Under the pieces are notes generated by a model, which ran no database searches, was not told the origin of the DNA, and saw only the letters and a list, made by a program, of their open reading frames with translations. Of a stretch of DNA of 64,000 nt, positions 55,201 through 59,489 are shown piece after piece (position 1 is the stretch's first letter; the number at the start of each line of letters is the position of its first letter). Made by a program: the position numbers and the translations under genes. Source of the DNA: Candidatus Kapaibacterium sp. (lineage in GTDB: Bacteria > Bacteroidota > Ignavibacteria > Kapaibacteriales > UBA2268); NCBI GenBank assembly GCA_963664875.1, contig OY761611.1, forward strand, positions 1,888,001 to 1,952,000, given 5' to 3'.

Positions 55201-57186
55201 ACCACATTCATTTGCATCAGTAACTCTAACCACTACTCTTAAATCTACAGCACCAGTACCATCAGCATTAAAACTGTGTGTAGAAGTATTGTTATCTGTC
55301 AAACGAGTATAGCTTACACTTGTAATTGAAGGAGGAGTGTTATCTACACTAAATGTAGCAGCCGCAGATGCAGCACCAGGATTACCAGCAGGATCTGTAG
55401 GAGTTGCAATGATTTCATAAGTACCACTTGCTTCTCCTGCGATATCAAATGAATATGAATAAACATTTCCTGCAATTAAAGTAGCAGCTTCGTCAGCTGT
55501 TAAACTTGCAATATTATCCACACCACTACCACTAAGAGTAATGTGTGAATCATTCCAAGTACCACATCCATTTTCATCAGTTACAGTCACTGTAAAAGTA
55601 ACTGTTCCAGTTGGACTTGAACATGCACCTGAAGTCACTGCAACAACAGCAGATGGAGCAGAATTATCAATGATATATGCAAATGCACCATCATCGTCAT
55701 TTGCAACAGTAGTTTCATTACCTGCATCATCTGTAACTTTCCAAGCAGCATCACCAGAAACATCGCCATCAGCCACAGTCACAGTTAATGTATAATTTGG
55801 ATCTGCGTCACCTAGTGTTACATCGTCCGCAATTCCATCTTCCATAGTAAAGTGTATTTGATCACCGGCTGCATCATCATAACCGCCATCACTTACACCA
55901 CCAAGAGAAACTACTAAGTTATCTGTATTTTTGAAACAGTCCGCGTTTATAGCAGCTGTAGTTACTACAGGAGCTTTTGTATCAATATAGAATTGATAAG
56001 AAGCAACTGTTTCCTCACTTACAGAACTAAGAAGACCATCTGTATCATATAAAAAGTTTTCTGCACCAGTGATAGCAACATTGCCATCACCTTCAAAAGC
56101 AGAGCCATCGATATCAGTCATGTCACCAGCATCATCTGCAGCAACATCGATAACGATAGCACCTGAAAACTCTTCAGTATTATCCAATAAACTAAAGTAT
56201 TGTCTGTAAACATATTCAAAAGGCCAGTCATCCTGTTCATTTTGCAACTCAGGAATCCATTCGCCTTCACCTTTAGAAATAACAGTAGAATTAACATCAC
56301 CATTACCTTGGAAAGTAATATCAGGTGTGTCATTATAATCCATAATTTCGCTAAATTCTACATCTATATAATAAACACTAGCCAAGTTAGCTTGAACGTA
56401 AGCTTTGTTTACTACATTAGGAGTACCAGCATTCAAATTACTATGTACTTTAACTATAGTAGGCACAGCATCAGCACCGGCAGTAAATGTACCGGTAAGC
56501 CAATTTGAAACTGCACCTTGAGTTGTTACGTATGCAATTTGATATGCATATTGTTGCTCGTGAGTAAGTCCCATTATCACCCAACTATCAGCATTACCGA
56601 TATTTTGAGTAACTGTGGCACCAGTAGACAAATTAGTATAATTCAACAAAACATTAGCACCTGCAGGGCGATTCTCCCAAGCTAAGTGTACTACATTTTG
56701 TGAAACTTTTGGTTCTCCAGCAGCCAACGCTAGCCCCGGTAATGGAGCAATAAACGTAGCCGGGTTAGTTAGCCTTTGAGCGGTGCAATAAGCTGGCGTC
56801 GGAGCACCGCCTGTTTCATTATACTCAAAAGCGTAAACAGTATATTGGCTACCTGCGGTAAGACCAGTAACTGTAACAGTTGTACCTGTGCCAGTGTAAA
56901 CACACTGAGCAGTACCTGATGCAGCAGTATATGCTGTGGCTACACTACCTGTGTAGTCAGTACCATTTTCGGGATTATTTTGCGAATCCCAGGTATTGCC
57001 AGCCATAATAAATACAGCTACTTTCTCGCCATCACCACGCCGCCAGTTGAACGTAACGTCACTGCCGGAAGTAGTCATGGAGATTCTACCTGCCTGCCGC
57101 GTAGGGCTGGTCGCTGCCATAGCATCAGGCACAGCGAGCGCCACCATAAAGAGGCAGAGCAAAAGTAAGTTGAGCACTCGATTCAT
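40249..57186 (-). CDS. Giant T9SS-secreted surface protein of tandem Ig-like modules (~5,645 aa)
   Basis: Signal peptide MNRVL...AMA after GAGGAG, dozens of ~100-130 aa modules ending DNTAP/DKTAP, VELRSF domain, T9SS CTD (QPNP...IYSLEG...AGTYTL...KRFVVVR). Confidence 0.9.
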   Translation of the reverse strand: MNRVLNLLLLCLFMVALAVPDAMAATSPTRQAGRISMTTSGSDVTFNWRRGDGEKVAVFIMAGNTWDSQNNPENGTDYTGSVATAYTAASGTAQCVYTGTGTTVTVTGLTAGSQYTVYAFEYNETGGAPTPAYCTAQRLTNPATFIAPLPGLALAAGEPKVSQNVVHLAWENRPAGANVLLNYTNLSTGATVTQNIGNADSWVIMGLTHEQQYAYQIAYVTTQGAVSNWLTGTFTAGADAVPTIVKVHSNLNAGTPNVVNKAYVQANLASVYYIDVEFSEIMDYNDTPDITFQGNGDVNSTVISKGEGEWIPELQNEQDDWPFEYVYRQYFSLLDNTEEFSGAIVIDVAADDAGDMTDIDGSAFEGDGNVAITGAENFLYDTDGLLSSVSEETVASYQFYIDTKAPVVTTAAINADCFKNTDNLVVSLGGVSDGGYDDAAGDQIHFTMEDGIADDVTLGDADPNYTLTVTVADGDVSGDAAWKVTDDAGNETTVANDDDGAFAYIIDNSAPSAVVAVTSGACSSPTGTVTFTVTVTDENGCGTWNDSHITLSGSGVDNIASLTADEAATLIAGNVYSYSFDIAGEASGTYEIIATPTDPAGNPGAASAAATFSVDNTPPSITSVSYTRLTDNNTSTHSFNADGTGAVDLRVVVRVTDANECGDFGTDLGNNATPATGAAKLEFTKKVGTGAIAGFVGAIDAATDARTYITNVNEFSPGVWDITYEFDLEGATGGDINFSVTATDKHNNASAETDVANSIINVDILDPTFTSQPALVGAPADDCYVGGNTINVTMDFDATSVVEAGSYGNVQEDVFTVNKTAGPDVPQEINFVLADIASAATVTQTMSADLTGLTAESYTGDYTYTVTGVDRAGNSVTSADLTFSIDNTAPTATAVWKDDAATDGSANTITCASVGQTVYLHVTLTETGCGTMDGAIDNANGGLTVTANNFTDNLAYTDAAPANLNPSYTFVYETTIDAADNAGDNVLTYTVTDSKGNASTGNTATIYIDKTAPSVIVNTLSQSCFKTGGTLSFNVTALDPAPVCGTFDASNLQVWLEESEPANTVYDVGTDIMLSVALSSGNTYTYSRVIDGTESGNVYALAIDDAGNQTGFNSPSLFTIDNTAPTAAVTIVDACLNNTQTLTANVLVTEAGDCGLSGYTATVTGAGKGTADPVLAVGPTDNLNGTYSLQYTVDLSQETAYAEGTYTFSFNTNDAAGNSMVAPETATFTVDNTPQTISAITFTDACVDGSLEFEFTISDVNCNPLEVNEYNTPVITDPSGNDPVLVGGAPADNDGSYTWTYTLNVADLNEAGNPYQIAVNYTDDFDNASDEVTGTFNIDRSLPSIANLEATPTCAVDATGTEDVTITFDMTDAASCALDASNITTATVTGGVLSTPSIDGSTVTYTVNLFEVADGDYTFTVEVTDDAGNASGASNVGFTVDNSAPELSLLSDNATCVKDGDVINITFTVTDAEECSALTAANFTISAAGVTVDAADIDVTGANSPYTVSADLTLPDALPGADVADGDYDITVAFADNAGNPGVAADGHSLTIPNAFTVDNTKPTLGTPVLVAEEPTCIKPGTEVDIQVSLTDNNANCNTFDAARVTVDKGALNGAVAVAAALTEGNIIITYTAHADDANGLATLPSITYEDEAGNVSIAVAATELFSIDKVEPAVNAASLSITDDQILGTCFGDSRDIEFSFSVVEEGCGTFVSPTNIEVTIIDAGAHNYSATYVGRTGTGTVADPYVFTYSYTFVGEETNGAATISVDVMDDAGNHPVAVVLNDGFSIDNAVPTITLSAKGTCETAGTVDFSVVVTDASTCGTLNQDDITITLEDASATPVAIPVAFLNEAPAGTFNYRATVASNHATGYASITATIKDDAQNTSSDVDAQYFQIDNTKPTVTSITVLDQGDNVVDCITTGNYKLQIGVTDLGCGTLTGALTELQTADPGKIFVFLPVFNANLTFSQIVSNVGDDYVFEYTFTIPQGDEGGKHVRVLATDSKGNLSNLYDPAGFEFTIDPLNHTIATTTTTNAVGTCLGTGKVITATLNVNVDENSCGGVENVEAELEFSDNSTVWMTPAAGNPAPVGGLYPDGTYEFTYTVDSEDPNGALLSVTGYLNHGLNAVVADADEALNLVLDTDAPTVTPNAAFALGCLGNGADAVFTDIVVDDNAVCSDIDETNIEVELYTAEGGTFRTLTSATDVAIASTYTYDDQNNHFDFTYVIQGDEPQGEAIGVRLNVTDNAGNSVEDQVVDADAFSVDYEGPVVSNIAVSETCVKYTEVEGTPTTTLDVTFDVEEAGCGTFDASNITIAAVNGGTTLTLASTDNPATIVVAGNANDGYTVTGTFTIPDVEGEYTITLTVDDDQDNVATMAVEDPATGNAAGATITAVPTFRVDNSGPVFAEVNAPAKIALYTYDGQDYTLVTDACVTDGNYYLGVEPSDAGCDGIVGTSVVYTPNQAVAGQFYVSASTFANTVDTPIEVGGMYYIPLAIASTDDGTEEITLSLFDGLLNESEELTYSIDVDNVGPVVSDIDIAEADQCVAYTEDGGQNPTTEVDVTFHVEEDGCGAFDAANVSATATNGTTTLNGSITSLTGNVNDGYDVTATFTILSNTTDGLYTVSLVIDDDKDNYATMDGAEPAATGTAVGATITAEDKFYVDNAGPVVSNIQLDKSCVKYTDDGDEEEPTPTTVVTATFHVEEAGCGTFNAGNIDADARTSWNGPFSIAGVVTDVDGETPQTGYDVTVEFTVPQAAINGPYQVELTIDDDNGNAADFDGTEDPATGFIDGIIYSEATFTVDNDAPSITAMDFADGIADACLTTGAVISGTVTVNQTGCSPVNAVTVYLDLPGGVETATVGTPSGNVYPFTYTIQTVDGSGDVDVYATATDGLGTTSTEFDFEDVDFSLDQLKPTSVAIASGQDGGCYNHTQTITLTVSADIDAAGCLDQDDITIEFTGLGGLNAQLSANQPTGPVDTKYTWEYTIDIPENTTEPVVNYDGLYTIAATVNDGNGAVSAGSISFTVDNTPAALSLSSITDACLNQTGTLAFSFLVTEEVTGTDCYDGLNNLSFTDPSTANNVQTNVTDNEDGTWTVEATLLLSDVAQGDKQVTVNYTDDANNASTQLAVNFHVSTALPVVSAITVSDNCVNSLLPYSFTVADNSTCGDGINAAEYWIELTGNPAAGDADGTMTISEGTFSGNIDISGLANGQYDLIVVYTDDAGNSDEEIATFTVDKTAPAFAAVNENLDQIALYTEAGGVYSEVTDNCIQGGSYYLGVAPSDAGCDIVASDVVETTPVSGQFFMTSTTFANSIVTDDGVIEGAGDYAGMYFIPLTVANDEEGSKSVVLSIYDGAMNESEDLTYSITVDNDAPAIALGTVTACSNTEIAYSFTIDDTDCDENGVNNATVSIWTTAIPAVQVGGNISVASSSSNETVNTYTGTLDVSAYASGTYTLKVDYIDDSDNESDAASTTFNVDTDGPVVSTIALDDNCIKDGQSVTMTFNVTDNDICSALAAGNISAEAVNGSTTITGTDVTYNDQTGDASVTFAFPASPQTAHDQGAYSIALIIADPAGNTAEMAEEDVTGTVNGQDDTVIDVTPTFTLDNAGPVIAFTDMTPDEDDCYKAGQTVSIEFSVEDGSCGGAGATPVVTITLPKEAPNTVAATVTGTYPNYTATYLATANDGTGTATVSVTAADGLGNANTNASLATFSIDNSVPVVDNFTLISTPTCYKADQTVTFAVDYENLGCATQDIALWDGENNGFEVDIYNGNNLINGNIGEPNEVNGKLQFTYTVDAADVTGSYTVEFNIVDSKGMEGYLVQSSAFTIDNSKPTLTLVSPTNPPTCVEPGDIVTFQVNASDVGCGTFDEDDITVTVTNGTPANISAVTPVNGDGYNYEFTYTVAGTVETPVDVAPIINITASDDLGNTLLAPVTHAMTVDVNPLDIAIDLPQTTCVSQITDGTFVFDVTATNLGCDTDIEDLTVTVQATGETAATTLTGSEGTYTYTIPTGSAYTGEATITVTAVDGFANTVTETSTFMIDNTAPAIAGDVTITNNATSGQCLGTGNTITTDFTIADADCADLGEVTITYDFSDGTDATYSSVGDFTINDGVVSHTHTIVEVNGTGTCTVTVNAVDTKGNAMTPVNGDVVNNIDQTGPTLTLVNTPPTCVEPGDVVTFQVNASDVGCGVFNEDDITVTVTDGTSANISTVSAVDGQTNVYEFTYTVAGTVATPVDVAPIINITASDDLGNTLLAPVTHAMTVDVNPLDIAIDLPQTTCVSQITDGTFVFDVTATNLGCDTDIEDLTVTVQATGETVATTLTGSEGTYTYTLPVGPTYTGEATITVTAVDGFGNTITETAPFMIDNTAPAIAGDVTITNNATSGQCLGTGNTITTDFTIADAGCANLGEVTITYDFSDGTDATYSSVGDFTINDGVVSHTHTIVEANGTGTCTVTVNAVDTKGNAMTPVNGDVVNSIDQTGPTLTLVNTPPTCVEPGDIVTFQVNASDVGCGTFNEDDITVTVTNGTPANISAVTPVTGQTTVYEFTYTVAADDLEEEILGDVAPIINITASDDLGNTLLAPVTHAMTVDLNPLDIAIDLLGVTCVSKELDGNLVFDVTATNLGCDQVVSNLTVTVTPFGGNATTVTESEGVYTYTIPQGSTYTGEATITVTAVDGFNNTITETATFMIDNTAPVLSAYSDDAECVGALLLTINATQIHFSVNAEDLGCGTFAHSDINVTMTSSSGLPLVGNLTTDGSTGTVFNYVYTVHPQDPTGDVNITFNLVDSKGNIAVTYAPTDNANDGSEFKIDNTAPMLSNLEVSKQNAVEGDNLSITFDLADAGCAVTNQPVVTLTFADNSNTTATYASGSGNGTYTYSYTVPTSPVEGGVNVKVNSSDALGNTDVLDPANFEFVIISNTPADVTSIVVNDMMVEDADAGNNFTVAVTYSQPMDVTQNAPVVTFDPTVGGTFTNGSGAWSNGNQTYTMTYTIVDAGICVDDVDVSVTGGQNTVGIAANGGTEANLFDVYMCSAANARADIVFAGNEANGISSLTNGDITTSTNGTRVLKLTVRDDITTDTDTKPTNVTALTINAAGSNQAAFDTHIHAAALFNAAGTKLCDAVITAGALTFSNLSVSCADNSTYDMYLRLTVKNPLPAGADGKRLVFTLANTNVTVDANSTPLTTFTNTSSTAASNNVIQVVVTQLAFVDQPTNATVGVAEPVEDNVTVKAQDANGNIDTDAAFTVNMSITNTTAISNGGSANMLSGVATFSGLTYQYAASGVALTATPASPFVANAISNTFNITPPAPAAAAALNLVSKTSSTILLQWNSNGANSLLLAIQGSEMPSAVPAPQTAYTNTNGAFSIGAPTYTSNCDEITGSLIGGGTANARVVYFGSDQQINVTGLQKLVTYTFKLYTFNSDATFTASTVVYAADGPTATITTSKYKEAYANVELRSFDVTSADAQAFLDWETIRETDNVGFEVHRAEMTEAGLEPFEMITSYEDNSALAGLNESEFGKKYKLTDDDAVLAIGATYVYRLVSVASDGYKQVQAERSVLINGAASMSVSEIQPNPVVTDLKFDLDMVESRKVTIQIYSLEGTLVAQPILDKEYGMGLHKVSIDLDRSMIPAGTYTLKVISGDNEAVSKRFVVVR
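43120..45700. repeat. Near-identical ~970 bp intragenic tandem repeat (~2.7 copies)
   Basis: TGCTGTATTATCAATCATAAATG at 43126, 44101 and 45070, with long identical stretches between copies. Confidence 0.9.
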
Positions 57187-57817
57187 AGAGCGTCTCCTCA
57201 ATAATTAAAAAAAACAGAATTTAGTATCAATTGCCCATAGTCATGGCACGCAAATTGTGGAAAACTATCGCTTAATTACGCGCCAAAGCATACAAAACAA
57301 AGAATAATTAGTCAGCATAGCTAATTATTCAATCAAAATGTAAACAATTTTCTTAAATCTACAAACACATTTTTTTGTTAAATCTGCATTAAGTACATTC
57401 ACAGTTTAGTCAAGTAACTGAATACAAACGAGTTAAAGCTGATAAGAAATTTTGCAAATTACGTGTTTTCCCGTATGTATTTTTTCAGTTTTTACAGATA
57501 TAATATCCGATTGTTGGCGAATATTGTCAAATAGAAAATAATTATCAAATATAGTGCCTATATTGCCGGCGATAGCAATAAAATGTTAAATAGATTAAGA
57601 TAATTCATAGATATATATTATGTATATCACGTATATTTTTTGTAAGTATTTTTATTACTACAGAGGAATATTTATGTGGAAAACTATGGGAGGATTGGGG
57701 GAAATAAAAATACTATAGGCTATGTACAACAACAAGGGACTGTCTCATAAGTAAAACAATCTATATTAACTTGACGATTACTCAATACATTATGTGATCT
57801 GAGTTAAGCAAAATGTA

Positions 57818-58013
57818 GAGGCTGTCTCTAAGTCATAATTTGCAAAATATTCTTGATGTATGTAAGTTTTACCGACAGCTGAAGCAGTCGGTTGCACTTG
57901 TGTAACTCATTGCAACCGCATGCTTTAGCTTGCGGTAGAAGATAATATAACGTTTGTTTTTCCTCTACTTTTACAAAAGAGTATGACAAAACTCAGACTG
58001 CTGAGACAGCCTC
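57818..58013. mobile_element. MITE-like element with 11 bp terminal inverted repeats, containing a REP-like doublet
   Basis: GAGGCTGTCTC (57818-57828) and GAGACAGCCTC (58003-58013). A related end GGGACTGTCTCA lies at 57736. Confidence 0.5.
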
Positions 58014-58020
58014 AAGCTGG

Positions 58021-58260
58021 TCGCCCTTACAGGGCTCTATATTTCAATGACTTATCTTTCCCGGGGCGTTGCCCCGGGCTGATATATTTGAGGCTTTCAG
58101 CCTCCTGTGAAAAATATAAAAAAACCGTGGGGAAATCTATAATACAAGCGTGGGGTGTGAAACCTATACAACCGTGGGGGGTGTGAAACCTATACAACCG
58201 TGAGGTTAACCCCACGGCTGTAAAAAAATATAAAAAAACCGCGGGGTTTTCCCCACGGTT
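58021..58260. repeat. Cluster of GC-rich REP-like palindromes and short tandem repeats
   Basis: GCCCTTACAGGGC, CCCGGGGCGTTGCCCCGGG, AGGCTTTCAGCCT, AACCGTGAGGTTAACCCCACGG, AACCGCGGGGTTTTCCCCACGGTT, and GTGTGAAACCTATACAACCGTG twice. Confidence 0.65.
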
Positions 58261-58286
58261 GGATAAATAATTCAATTTACAATTAC

Positions 58287-59357
58287 TTAGTCTTTTTTCG
58301 TAGTAACCTTGATCACATTAGAAAAGCCTGTGATGCCGGATTTGAGCATAGCCCGCACGCGGTAGTAGTACGTTTTTCCTGCTTCCAGATTGTCAATATC
58401 CCAATCATTTACTGGCATGATAGTGATGTTCGAGTAGTTAGGGAGCAGCTGAGAAAAGTTTTCGTCCGTAGCTACATCGAGGATATAATTTTTTGCATCT
58501 TCGACCTTCTCCCACTGAGCAAGGAAGTGATCGCCGCTAACATCTTTAGCTTCGAGAGCCTTAGGAGCAGGCGGCAGTGCAGTGTAAGTGCGAACAAAGC
58601 GAGAATCTTTCTTTTTAGGCAAAGCGTAAACAGTGTTTTCACCGGAGCCGTTAGCTTCTATCGCAGCAATAGTATAAGTCTTACCTGGTTTTAAACCTGA
58701 TAAGCGAATGCTTGCTTGCGTTTTACCGGTATTTTTTTCGATACATGATGTTTTAGTATCCTTAACGAGAGATTGTCCGTAAGTGGCATTAGGGATTGCC
58801 TCGTACTTGTTTTTCGGTAGTTTTATATCATTTCCCTCGGCAACAAAGATAAAAGTAGCATCGCCATTGCCTCGCATATAAGAAAGCGTAATAGATCCGT
58901 CGGAATTCTCGCTGATAGCAAGATTACGAGGAGTAATGCTTGGAGATTTAGGTAAAGTCATGACATCAAAAGACTTTAGCAAAAGCGAATAGTCCGGTGC
59001 TTTCTCATTATTAAAGCTATAGACATCTAATTTATATTTAGTGCCCGGAACTAAGCCTTTTATATCGAGCTTATTATTTTTGACTTTCCCTGTAAAGATC
59101 GGGTAATTTTTTTTGCCGATAATATTGTTTTCAGCCTTAGATATGTCCGCCACAGGCTTATAGACAGTGCCGTTAGTAGGCGGGAAATTAGATATTTTAT
59201 CTTCCCTAAGCACAAGCAGGAAAGCAGACTGCCCGGCAGACTTGATAGTAAACGAAAGGGACTCCTGCTCAGCATCGACATTAGTAACTTCATCGATGGC
59301 AAAAAGCGAGATAGAAAGGGCGATGAAGAGCGTCAAAACAGCGAAAATGTTTTTCAT
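58287..59357 (-). CDS. Secreted protein with three fibronectin type III-like domains
   Basis: Signal peptide (MKNIF...), GLVPGTKY, GLKPGKTY, NLEAGKTYYYRVRA. Confidence 0.8.
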   Translation of the reverse strand: MKNIFAVLTLFIALSISLFAIDEVTNVDAEQESLSFTIKSAGQSAFLLVLREDKISNFPPTNGTVYKPVADISKAENNIIGKKNYPIFTGKVKNNKLDIKGLVPGTKYKLDVYSFNNEKAPDYSLLLKSFDVMTLPKSPSITPRNLAISENSDGSITLSYMRGNGDATFIFVAEGNDIKLPKNKYEAIPNATYGQSLVKDTKTSCIEKNTGKTQASIRLSGLKPGKTYTIAAIEANGSGENTVYALPKKKDSRFVRTYTALPPAPKALEAKDVSGDHFLAQWEKVEDAKNYILDVATDENFSQLLPNYSNITIMPVNDWDIDNLEAGKTYYYRVRAMLKSGITGFSNVIKVTTKKD

Positions 59358-59414
59358 AAGCGTATCATTTGAGTTAAACATATAAACAAATATACTAAAA
59401 GTAGGCGATAATAT

Positions 59415-59453
59415 AAAAAAAAACGCGGCCTCTTATAGAAAGAGACCACGTTT
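59415..59453 (-). terminator. Intrinsic terminator after the fibre-like gene
   Basis: Minus strand AAACGTGGTCTCT...AGAGGCCGCGTTTTTTTT. Confidence 0.7.
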
Positions 59454-59489
59454 AATATATTCAATCTATTGTGAAATAGATTATGATTC

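Noticed and set aside
57244-57258. Sigma54 promoter TGGCACG-N4-TTGT
   Set aside because: The -12 element is GT rather than GC, and it points away from the giant gene into non-coding DNA.
58140-58205. Mini CRISPR array
   Set aside because: The ~25 bp units abut with no unique spacers, and there are no cas genes.
57983-58275. Short ORFs 57983-58186 (+) and 58027-58275 (-)
   Set aside because: They run through the palindrome cluster and are by-products of the repeats.
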